Origin: Azolla caroliniana
Lineage: Eukaryota; Plantae; Polypodiophyta
DNA length: 64,000 nucleotides
Assembly: GCA_043228905.1 (NCBI GenBank)
Contig: JBHGNT010000002.1
Location: forward strand, 558,001 to 622,000
Direction: 5' to 3'
The number at the start of each line of letters is the position of its first letter. Positions within the stretch are counted from its first letter, which is position 1. The notes beneath the pieces are model-generated. The model saw nothing but the letters and a program-made list of their open reading frames with translations. It was not told the DNA's origin and searched no databases. The translations under genes were made by a program, and so were the position numbers. Positions 37,831 through 50,295 of this stretch are shown piece after piece.

Positions 37831-40216
37831 ATATTAAAATAATATCATCAACTCCTACCGTAGAGAAAATTGTGTGCATAATTAAAGTAAGTATTGGTCC
37901 TTCATCTACATATATTGAAACTCTCATTTCCTATATGTACATAATCATGTCATGTAATGGGTCATTCAAGATGATTCCTATGATAAACAAAAATGATGAT
38001 AGTGTATCATAAAGATAAATCTCACAAATGGCTTTGTGATAACTTTGAAAACTTCTTAAAAATGTTGGTATAAGATCTCGTGTGTATTCATATATTTGGT
38101 ATAGGGATGCACCTATTAAGACGCTTCAACATCGTGATGAGTTCGCAATGGGCATGTCATGAAGTAATGGCATTTAATAACTAATTGTATAAAGAATTGG
38201 CAGAGTCACGAATGTTATGTTTTTATGATTGAATTTAGTGATAGAATATGTATATAATAGGTGATGTGACACATCGATTGAAAATTTCAAACTTGGATCA
38301 CAAATACTGTTCGAATCTCTCGCCAATAACAAATAATGTTTTGTAAAGTTTGAAATTGAGCAACAAGTTATTGCCATAACTTCTATAAGAAAAATACATA
38401 TCACTATAAAGGCTTCACAAATACGTTAATGGGAAGTAAGGTTCTTATCATGCATGCACCTTTGTCGGCACTTGGATTATAGTGTATTGCAAACAAGTAC
38501 AAATATAAGAAGCCTTATATAGGCTAGAGTGAAAGCTTTTTATTGTAATTTATTTAGAAACAAAGGCCATCCTACGCCATCATTATTGTGTTGAGGATGT
38601 AGTTTATCAAGTTATATTTTTCTCTTGTCCAATTCTTGATACTTCATTTGAGTCGATCATGTAACTTTATTTTCATTTTCAGCTTTTGTTATAATATCAA
38701 CCTTGGTAAGTTCCATTTGTGTTCCTAGATTTGTGATTGTTTTCATGTTCATTTGTTATAGCTCATTGATGGAAAGCAAGTCAAAATTGGGTTTCTAGAA
38801 TTTGGTATAATGCGGGCTCTATTTGGTTCGAGAAAATCCATTGGAGAAAATGATACAAAAGAGGCATAATACAATTGAATAATGTTAACTAGAAAAAGAT
38901 TTGGAATTTCTATAAAATAAAATTTGGTTGAGGGCATGATGTGAAAAACAAGAACCCATTGGTGTGAAGCTCACCTTTGGGAGACAAGGCCTTCCTCAAA
39001 ATAAATTCATGAGAACTTTTCCTCCTCATGAGAAAACCATGATTTCAATGACTAGGCATGGAGTTGGGCAAAATATGTTACGGTCAAATTCCCTAACCCT
39101 GATGTAAAGGTGTTGAAGAACGCATGAAACAAGCTCTAAGCCACGAGAAAGAAAGAAATGATGAATGAAAGAAAATACCAACTACGAGACATATGCTGGC
39201 CAATATAAAATAGAAGAAGGAACATGAGCAAAGCGAGTCTTTCGTGTGGGTTGGCTTGGACCATCTAGATACATTACTCGAAGATGTACATGGTCGGGGA
39301 AGGTTTGTGTGTTGACAGTTGGACGAACTCGTGGGTGAGATAGAACCCGACAAACCGCGTGATCTAGGGTTTGCTCCGAGGATAGAAGCACACCTACTTC
39401 CCATCACCGAGCAAGCGGCAAACTCTCAAAAGAAGAAGAAGAAGAAAGAAGAAGGGATGATGAATGTGTGGGCTGTGAGCATGGCTATGGCTATGGCTAT
39501 GGCTATGGTTATGACAATAGCTATAGTCTATGGCTGTTGTACATAATGAAAGGAAATCAGAAAGAAAATGATGGAACAAAACAAATCATCCCTTCCAATA
39601 CATAATTAAGTCTCCATAAAAATCTTTTCTATTTTTTACCTCACGTACTTTTTTTAATCGAAAAAAATAGTAAATACACAGACACAGACATACACACATA
39701 TATGATATATCATATACATATGTATGTAGAAATATTATTATCCATAAAATAATAAAAAGCTCTTTATTATTACTGGTAACCAATAAAACACAAATACATA
39801 AATGATACAAATAAATAGTGAAAAATAAATAGTAACAAATAACATTATTATCATTTCTTAATTATTTGTATTCAATTTGGAGGGGGTTTTGTGTGATCGT
39901 ATTTCTTCTTCTTCTCCACCTCCTTCTCGTCTCTCCTGCCTGTGTTTTGGCTTGAACCTTGGCTATGGCGGACTACTGATCTTCCTCATGAGCGTTTCTT
40001 CCCTCTGCTTCGGCGTCTGCCTCTGATCCTCTCGTAGGATCTCCATAGCCCTGCCATCGAAGACGATCTACGAAACGTAGGCCGTATCAGATCAGCATTG
40101 TGTATTTCTGTTCCAATTGGTCTTCTTCTTCTAGATTCATCTCTGAAGAAAATATCCTGGCATCTCAATCTGAAGAAAAGAAAAGTGAAGAAAGAAGCAC
40201 AGACAAAAAGAGAGAA

Positions 40217-43200
40217 ATGGCTTCTTTTGGTGGTATCGTTGTAACAGACCCTAGTCTTGCTGCTCATTTTACACAAGCAGAACTTCGTTCTCTCAAATCA
40301 CAAGTAATTAATCTCCCTCTCTCCCCCCCTCATCCATAGCACGTCTTTTTTGTTCTGCACTAACTTTCCTTCAGAATTGATCTCAGGGTTCTGTTTTTCC
40401 GTAAGATCAATGAACCTTCAATCTGAACTTTTTAGTTTTTCTCTTCTAGTCATGTTGCAAATATCCGTGCTTTGTTTCCATGGATCGTTCTTTTCTTTGG
40501 TTTTCATTTCCCGCCATTAAATGTCGCAGAATATCCTTTTCCTTCACATGGTTTGTAACCTTTCTCGATTAGCGTGCTTAATTTTCTGGATCAATATCAT
40601 AATATCATTATCTCCTAATCTTTCTGGATCTATATCACAGTATTAATGTTCCTTTTAAGCTACACAAAAGCCACTGTGATTTCTAAAAGCCTCCTTTCAC
40701 CTTCTCTGGTGTATGTATTTCTGTGCTAAATTTGGAAAGAAATTTTTCTTCTAGGTAGATTGAGATGCTTTGAATTTGCTACTTTACTTTTTGCGCAGGC
40801 TTATATATTTCTGTGCTAAATTTGAAAAGAAAAATCTCGCAAAATCTCCATCTTTCTTTAGAGCTTCCGCAATCCTTTTGTCTTGTGCTTAATTTGAACA
40901 GATCATTAACATTGCACGAACTTTACTAGCATGTTCTGATTGTTAGTGTTTCTTCCAAGATTCTTGAGTTTTGTAATGAGCATACCTTGAAAATGCTGGA
41001 TCTTCCATTTTCATTCTTGAAGGGTTTTGTAATCCGTATGAATCAATTGGCTTAATTTGGACAAGTCAACAACTTTGCACAAGATTTCTGGCATGCTTGT
41101 ATCATTGTCGTTTCTTGAGTCTTCTAACTTTTGAGATCCAGGGGTTTACACTGATTTGAAAATTCCTCACTTTCCTAGATAAATTGAGCATCTTTGTCAT
41201 TTCTTTTTCCTTTTCAGTCATGCTGCTAAATTTCCCTTTTTCTTTAGTCTTGCTACCCTTCTTCCTTGTGCTATAATGTGAACCAACTGACTTTGCTCAA
41301 GCTTAACCGGCATGTTCTTATTGATCGCTTCTCTTCAATGGGAATTAAAATCCTTGAGTTTTTCATTGAGTATATTCTTACGCTCATTATTTTCCAAGGC
41401 CAACTGATCTATTCTGATAGTTGTTTGTTTTTCTTTTCCACTCCGATTGCAAAATTTCCTTCTTTCTTCATAGGTTTCGTTATCCCTCTGGTTTAAGTCA
41501 CATGTGCTATCTCTACACAACTTTATTTGAGTGCTCTTTTTGCTTGGGAACTAACATCCTTGTGCGTGCAGTTTGATCTATTGAAAAACACAGATGGTCT
41601 TGTCACAGTAGCAGAGCTAGAGTCTGGTCTAAACAAGCTCAACTTATTCCAACAGCCACTAGCGAAAGAGGAAATCTCAGGGATTGTTAAAAAACAAAGC
41701 TCAAGTCTGCAAACTGGCCTCAACTTCGAAGAATTTCTACAGGTATTATTTCATTGCATGATCACATCACCGTTTATTATGAGCTTTCTTCAGTGTGTTT
41801 GTTTGTTTGTCTTTGCAGATGTATGTTGATCTACAGAAGGGTGGAAAAGCAAAGACAAGCCCTGAGAAGAAGGCGTCAGATTTTCTTAAACTAGCAACAA
41901 CTACTTTATTGCATCATATCAGCCAATCTGAGAAGAAAGCGTATGTCGATCACATCAACACATACCTTGACGGAGATGAGGCCTTGAAGAAAGTTCTGCC
42001 AATTGATTCATCATCTGATGCGATCTTTGATATCATTAAAAACGGAGTTCTGCTATGGTATTTCACAACGTCTACCTTGCGCATCATAGAAATTTAAGTT
42101 ACTCCTTCCGTGGTGGATCTTCTTTTACTCTGAAAGTTGGGGCTCTCAAGCCGTCTTTAACTGGTGGATTTGTCAAATATCTGAAATATAAGAGTTTGTA
42201 TGCTTTTAGCTTCTGTACTATTTTTAGCCTCTGTATGTGATTGAGATTTATGGATATTTCAGTTTGTATGTTTTTAGCCTCTGTATCGTAAAGTAAATCA
42301 ATGAAAGAAGCTAAAACCTCTTTTTCAGAGACGCATGACATCTACTTTCTCCATACCAATGTGTGGAACCAGATAAATTATCCATTTTAGCTTGCAGTTT
42401 TCATTTTGATGAAGATAGTTATGGATCAATATCATTACTTATTAAAATACCTTCACATTGTGTCCTGACCACCAAAGCAAAGTTATTAGGTAGCCAAAAT
42501 CAAAATTTCTGTCTATTATATAAGGAAACGAGCCAGCAAAAGGGGAGAGGAGAGTGTATCAACAATCAGAAGTCTATCTTTTGAAATTAAGTATGCATGT
42601 TTAGATTGAGAAGGCCCCTTACATTACTCGATCTTTGCCTTCTTTAAGTTTCACAATAAAAGTATAAATAGTCAAATAAAAGTAATGTTCAATTTAGTAA
42701 CATAATCCTGATATAATTGCACACATCTTTTCTGTCCAAATAAATTTGCAGTAAGCTTATAAATGTTGCGGCACCGGGAACTATTGATGAGCGAGTGCTT
42801 AATATCAAGGAAGATTTAAATCTTTGGGAAAGAGTTGAAAATCATAACCTTTGCTTGAATTCAGCAAAAGCAATTGGTTGCTCAGTAGTTAACATTGGAA
42901 CACAGGATTTGCTGGAGGGCAGGGTAATAATCCTATTTTAAAATCAAATTTGGCCTGGACAAACAATGTCTAAAGTTCCCCCTCTTCTTGTGCAGGCTCA
43001 TTTAGTTCTTGGATTGATCTCTCAGATCGTGAAGGTAGCTTTCGAGGACTTCTGCATATGTATACATAGTTTTCATGAACATATTCACCTATTAGTTAAT
43101 ATATAGATAAACTGTTCACCTTCTAGTTGAACTAACATGCATATTGTCTGATACATTTATTAAATCCACCACTAATTCAATAAATGAGCTTGACCTAGAG

Positions 43201-46092
43201 ATCGCATTTATGAAAGAAGTGATGTAGTAATTGTTCGTTATGATCCGTTGTTATCTGTGTAATACATAGTCTGCTTTGTTTGAGTTTTTCTAATGATCGA
43301 TTATTTGGCTTCTAGATACAATTATTAGCAAATATAAATCTTAAAGAGACACCGGAACTTGTTGAAATGGTGACTGATACAGAGGTATGCAGGCCTTTAT
43401 TTGCTGATATATATATTGATACATTTCTTTTTACAAGCTCACCTTGTATCTGAAATTCTGACAGGAGATTGAGGAGCTACTAAATCTTCCTGCAGACAAG
43501 GTCTTGCTCAGATGGATGAATTACCATTTGAAGAAAGCAGGTTTTACAAAAGTGATCTCCAATTTTTCATCTGATATAAAGGTGTGTGCGAAATGCGGAA
43601 CAGGTTATGATCTTTCTCTGCTTGTCTTGTGTCATTTGGTACACTGCTTTATGCTTTATTTTGGTACTGTCATAGATACTTCTTGACTGCATATACTTTA
43701 TTACAGGATGGAGAGGCATATACTTTTTTATTAAACATTCTAGCTCCGCAAACCTGTTCACTTTCTCCGTTAGAGGTAAAAAATCCATTAGAGAGAGCAA
43801 AAGCGGTTCTCAACCAGGCAGATCAAATTGGTTGCCGCAGATACGTAACACCCAAAGACATTGTGGAGGGCTCCACAAACTTGAACTTAGCTTTTGTTGC
43901 CAATCTTTTTCATGAAAGGTGCTTATATTATTTTGTGGTCGTCAGTGCAGTTATTTAACAGACTTTACAAAGAAATGATATTCTTCTATTTCCAGAAATG
44001 GGCTTACCGCCACTGTAGACAATGTGAATGTATCATTTGCTGAGATGATCCATGATGATGAGCAGACTTCAAGGGAAGAAAGGGCATTTCGAATGTGGAT
44101 AAACAGCATTGGAGTGTCAACATATGTAAACAATCTATTTGAAGACTTACGAGATGGGTGAGTTATGGCATTCTGGACAACACTCTATTTTTACAGCTTT
44201 TACTGTAGTCAATTTTCAAACTTGATATAGGAAATATTTCTTAGAAATGCTGGTATAACAAAATGAAAGATTACCTCAACTATAGTCATATGAAATATTA
44301 ACTGTTTTATACTTGGCCAACTGGGGATTTGCATATCCAGAGGAGATGAATGTTCTATCAAATATTCTGAATCAATGTACAAAATTTGTGACTGGCTGTA
44401 TCTTCTAGTGTTAGGATAGTGGTATAAATTCAAGCTTTTTGGCTCCAAAATAGGATTTTTTTTATCTGTACAGTGTATATAGTCATATTGAATTTATGAA
44501 ATGATACTGTGGGAGAGAATCTATTTTTTCCACATCTTCACAGACATGTCTATTTCACCGAGTCTTTCTCCAAGACAGTGCGCAGATCGTTACGCCTTTC
44601 GTACGGGTCATCCTTCTAATTATGTACTCAGTAATCAGCTTAGCAATATACCAAAAATATGTGCAGAGTGGACATGTGCATGCAGAATACAAAACCATAG
44701 AATGCTAACATGGCTTATAAGGCAAAACAAGAGATTACATCTTAAAATGTTGTCTCGACTTTGAGAAACAGCAAATAAATGTAAGCAAGTAAAAAAATTA
44801 ATTGAAATAGACTAAGACAGGACTAAAGAATCTTGTCCTTTACACATGTGAGATTCTCAAATCAGATATATTGTAATGTTTTTCTATGAAAGATCTCTAG
44901 CATAGGGCAATCCAGTATCGAGAGGTCTTCAAAGCGAGGGCAGCACCTGTGATGGGGGGAAATAATGGCCGTTATCTTTGATGACAAGGGTAATGAGGTC
45001 ATGGTCCATGAGGCTGAGGCGTACGTGCACGGCAAATTGCTATCGTCCGATCTATTATAACCCCTTCGCAGTGTCCTGGTCAGGATCCCATTTTTATAGC
45101 CCACGATTGACTTGTAGCATGAGTAGTGGGTCTAAAGGAAGTCGTGTTTGTTCTTTGTTGATTGGTTTTTGTGGTTGTATTATTGCCCTTCAACAGCTTC
45201 TCTCTGTTTCTTGAGTTCTAACAAGAAAATCCTGAAGCACAGTTGGTCCTCATATTCCGTAACCTTGTGGTGAGCCAAAGGATTGCTTAAAGTGGCAATG
45301 GTACCTCCCTCTTATTTCATAAAAAACAGTAGAATGACAAACATACTGCTCTTCAGATTCCACTCCTTGATGACACGATTGGCAAATTCTTTTTTCAAGA
45401 AGTATTCATGCATATCTGCCTACCTCAATCTCTAACTGATGCGATAAAGTTTGCAGCTGCTCTATCTTCGCCCCAAATGATATTTTGGGGCTGATCCATG
45501 TTCTCTTGTTTTCCAAGTTAATAATATCAGTTCAAGTCGTTCTATTCTTTTCCACCTTGTTCAGGTGAGAGAGAGAGAAAGAAAGATATATTAACATCTT
45601 CTAAGGCTAAAATTGACCCATGAGGCAATTGGTGTACAACAAAATAGGGTATTTACCCAATCATCAAAAATAAAAATAAAAATAAAAATAAAAATAAAAA
45701 GAGAAACAACGATATATTAACGTCTTTTAAGAGGCCAAAATGGCTTATAAGACCAAACAAGAGATTACATCTTAAGTGTTGTCTCGTCTTTGAGAACAAC
45801 AAATCAAAATAGAAGTATTACTCAGTAAATATAAAAGTAAATAAGATAAAAACAGACGAGGGAATTTGGTTTTTGGCACATGTGAGATTCTCAAGTTCTT
45901 CGAAAGATCTCTAGCACAGGTTGATCCAGAATGGAGATGTCTCCGAAGCGAGGGAAGCACCTGTGATGGTGGGACATAATGGCCTTTATCTGTTGATGAC
46001 AACGGTGCTGCGGACTTGGTCCATAGGGCCGGGGCCTAAGAGCACAACAAATTGCTATTGCCCGAATTTTAAGACCAAACAAGAGATTACAT

Positions 46093-46140
<48 letters not shown>

Positions 46141-47811
46141 GCAATCGCATTGCTCTTCCCCAAAGAAAAGTGTATGTGCTATGTTGTCAGGTGCTCCAGT
46201 AAGAAACAGAATCTCTTGTTGCTCTTTCTGAAATCAAATTATATCTTTTTATTATTTGGGTTTCGGTCTACAGATAATGATATATTTCTGTTGATGTAGA
46301 TGCGTCATGGCAAGGAGTTTGACTGAGGGATTTTGTTTTATAGGTGGATACTGCTAGAAGTTCTGGATAAGGTGCAACCTGGTATTGTGGATTGGAAGAT
46401 TGCGAACCGACCACCTATAAAACTCTTGTTCAGAAAAGTAGAAAACTGCAATCAAGTTATCAGCATCGGAAAAAAACTGAAGCTTTCTGTTGTCAATATT
46501 GCTGGAAATGATATAGTGCAAGGAAACCGGAAGCTTATTCTAGGTAGCTTTAATCCTAAAAACAATACGTATGCATTTTTTCCCTATTTTCTTATGGATC
46601 CTTGTTTGCCAAGTATGTGACTTCACTTTATACAATGACAGTCAAGTGTCAAAATTCGTTTTTACTCGTGCTTCTTTTCTTTTCTTTTCTTTATCTCGTA
46701 AGTGGCCAAAGAATATTCTAGTCAGCTTTATATTGCAAAACGTGATGCATTCCAAGATTTATATTTAATGAAAGAAATATTATGAATTTGCATTGTGCAA
46801 TTTTTAATATATTATGTATTTGCAGCATTTTTATGGCAATTCATGCGATATAATATGCTTCATCTGCTAAGAACATTGAAGTACAAAGGAAAAGATGTTA
46901 CTGATGCTGATATCCTTGAATGGGCTAATGTAAAAGTGAAAGCATCTGGAAAGAAAACACATATAGAAAGCTTTAAGGTAATTCGATGTCGTAGCAATGA
47001 TTTTGTGACATTCATATTGTGGAAATCCTATGCTGACTACAAGTTCCTGGATATGTCATATTGCAGGACAAGAGCTTATCCAGTGGTAATTTTTTCCTTG
47101 ATCTGCTATCAGCGGTTGAACCGAATGTAGTGAATTGGGATTTGGTTACGAAGGGAGAAACAGGTATAATTTTCTTAACACTCAGTCAAAGTTGGTAAAT
47201 GTTATTTACTTACATTGGTTGATATGCACAGATGAAGAAAAAAGACAAAATGCGAACTATATAATCAGCGTAGCCAGGAAACTTGGATGCTCTATCTTTC
47301 TTCTATGGGACGACATTGTTCAAGTATGAAATGTTTTGATATGAATGGAGTTTTGTAAGAGTCCAGTTATAGGTCTACTTAATAGATGCTCTTCAAAGTA
47401 TAATACGAATTGGATTTTATTGGATTAATTTTAAAGTTTGAGTTAGTTATTTTTAATTCTAGAATTTATGGTATATGGGATTACTAGTTCATGCTGTTAG
47501 AACTTAGTATTTTGCAGTGTTAGAACCTAAGGATACAAGAATTAGCATTTGACAATGCTAGACCCCAATGTTAGGATCTGGGGATTGGTACTTCGTAAAA
47601 TGTGATAAGTCAAGGATTGCAGTTTGTGTGCAAGCCTCTGCCTGAATTTATTTGATTCTCAGTTGTTTATTCTGTCAAACAGGTTAATCCTAAGATGATT
47701 TTAACTCTTATGGCAAGTATAATGCTTTGGAGCATATCAAAGAGATGGAACAAGGCCGCAGCCGCAGCAGTTCTCATGTCCTCTGAGAACAATAATGAGT
47801 CAACTAGCTAG
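40217..47811 (+). CDS. FIM: Fimbrin (actin-bundling protein with four calponin-homology domains), about 14 exons
   Basis: [29 protein letters not shown] (40217-40303), then [100 protein letters not shown] and [16 protein letters not shown] (47683-47811), with GT-AG introns. Confidence 0.96.
44530..44609 (-). other. Nuclear plastid DNA insertion (NUPT): ~80-bp fragment of chloroplast 23S rRNA in a fimbrin intron
   Basis: CCACATCTTCACAGACATGTCTATTTCACCGAGTCTTTCTCCAAGACAGTGCGCAGATCGTTACGCCTTTCGTACGGGTC resembles the antisense strand of plastid rrn23 with a few substitutions (recognised from memory, not searched). Confidence 0.8.
44710..46096. repeat. Two diverged copies of a ~300-bp unclassified sequence in the large fimbrin intron (~44710-45010 and ~45740-46030), plus a third 25-bp partial copy
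   Basis: Shared blocks TGGCTTATAAG..AAACAAGAGATTACATCTT, CACATGTGAGATTCTCAA, AAGATCTCTAGCA, AAGCGAGGG.AGCACCTGTGATGG and TAATGGCC..TATC..TGATGACAA. Confidence 0.75.
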
Positions 47812-50006
47812 CTAGTATCATAATACAGATCCGTTTGTTTCTTTTTTTGTCTTCTTATATGCATTTGATTCTTTATTTTTCCTGTTAGGATACCTCAGGA
47901 GCAAATTTGAAAATTTTGGCAACCTCTCCAAACTGTATATACAGCATTGTATGTTGAAAATAGCATGTATAGAGGTTGAGCCTTTGTAACACTAGTTGAG
48001 TTTCAAACTGTGGCTTAGAATTTATAAATTTAGTATCTATTGATACTATAGGCGAGATTTAGTAAAAGAAATAAAAAAAGGAGACTTGTGTTCTGAAGTC
48101 AACAATTTTGTTCAAACAATTTTACAGAGATAAAAGGCAGTTTAATTGGAAGAGCCTCTAAGAGATTTAAGAAGTCTTCCTTTGGTCACAGATAGTGATT
48201 ACATTCATCTGTTGTATTAAGATACATTGTGTCCACCTTAATTTGTTTAGTTGTCTATTAACTATGCATGTGACGATTCATCAGTCAATTTAAGATAAAG
48301 TACTGAAGGTTTTTCCAATATTACATGTTTTAAAATTCTGAAAAGTATAGTGAATGTCTCGTCTGAAAAGTATGTCAGTTACACAATGTTTTGTGATTAC
48401 CCTGTTTATGACAAAAGAGAACATGGAACGATAAAGTCATATTGGACTTGTTAAAATTATCCTGTTGAAATTACTCTATCATGAAGTGATTAAAGAGGGG
48501 CTTACTTTGAACTTTTGCCATAGGGTTCGAATTGTTGCATGTGATGATTTCATCTTCTCAATTGTTTGGAATTTCGATTGGGTAACTAGGGAGGTAGAGA
48601 ACACCATTTCTATCATGAGTTAAGGGTGTGTAGTCGATAGTTCTTGTATATGTGGTGAATTTCACATCACCATGATATGAAGAGCTAACCTATGCTAAAA
48701 TGGTCGAAAGTTTCCCATTGCCTTTTAAAAGTGTGTTGTGGCACGTAGCATATTAACATAATTGTAATGATCATATAATATATTATTGCCAAAGTGAAAG
48801 GGTTGCCTTTGCCTCCACATTATTTGTAGTGCTGCAAGCTAATCATATAAATAATAATGATGAGCATGATGAGAAGGCAACATATGGTTAATGTAAAACT
48901 ATTGTAAGAAAATAAAGATATGGTTAATTTAATCCACATTGTTGCCAAAAATAAAGATGTATTAGCATCTACTAAATGCCAAATTTTTGTGACGAGGTTT
49001 AACACTTGCGAAACTATTGATATTAATGCTCATTAGTCACCAGATGCGTTATTGCTCATGGAAGTTTGTGATGTCCTCTTGTCATTGCATTATGCTTCAA
49101 TGGCTACAAAGACGGCTTATAAGTGGCTTAGTAGCCTTCTCCATCTATCAATCAAATTGTAGTGAACTCCTTCAAGAGCACATATTTCTCTTTGACATCT
49201 TGAACTGCCTATTATTTATGTTGAATATCTTACAAAATTGCAAATGAGAAACTTAATACACAAGCAAGAAAACAAGAGATCCCTAAAATGATAAAAAACA
49301 AACCTTTGGTCAAAATGGTCATGGCTTACATCCACCACATATTGATCCATTTCTTGGAATGATCTTTGTATTCCATGATCTTGTGTGGAATGCCATAGCC
49401 TTGTTTGAAGAGGCAGTAGTACCTCCTTATTTCAGAAAAGATCAGTGGCAAACATAGTTATGATAAATACCCTTTATCAAATAATAATAAACAATTGAAT
49501 AGGATGGATGATTCCAACTCTTTAGAGGCCAACAATAAGAATATTGTGATACAATAAAAAGCACACAAGAATTAGGATAGCGCAATGAAAAGATAGCAAC
49601 ACTTTTTAATCAACTGTTCAATATTTGTACAATAAATGGTAGTGAAGGCAGACACAACTTGTTATCAGATTCAAATCTAATACTCAACAATATCAGAATA
49701 GATTTGATTATTGCTGAATGCCAAAATTACATATAATAATACATTAGCAAGAAGGCAAAATACGAAAAACATATAGCAAAGATTTACTAAGACTAAAGGT
49801 ATCAATGTGACAATACCAACTACAGTTGAAAAATCGCCATGCAAAAAGTAGATCATATGTAGCAATGGGCCCGGTTCAGTTTTGGTTCAGTTCAGTTTCT
49901 TTGCCTTGAAACCAAACCAAACCATTTATATAAAACAAAAAGCAAACCAAATCGTTTATGAACTTTCAAGCCATTAAACCAAACCATTTATGAACAATTT
50001 AAGAAA

Positions 50007-50081
50007 AGGTATTACGTTATAGGGCTAATTTTTAACCATACGATTCGTATGGTTAAAAAATAGCCCTATAACGTAATACCT
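50007..50081. repeat. 75-bp near-perfect palindrome downstream of the TIC110 stop codon
   Basis: 37-bp arms AGGTATTACGTTATAGGGCTAATTTTTAACCATACGA and TCGTATGGTTAAAAAATAGCCCTATAACGTAATACCT, one mismatch, 1-nt centre. Confidence 0.9.
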
Positions 50082-50295
50082 AGGACATCTACAGCAGTAA
50101 ATGGATAAACACGTAACCCTGTATAACAGACTTAAAAACTGCTCCATAAACCAATCAATACATAGAGATACAAACCATCAAGTTGTCATTTCATACATTT
50201 GCATACAAACCTCAAAAAAGCCGATTCTTATTTGTCTCCTCATTAATGAATTATAGGTCTGCAGCAATCAAATTTTTCTAAGCATAAATTAGTAT

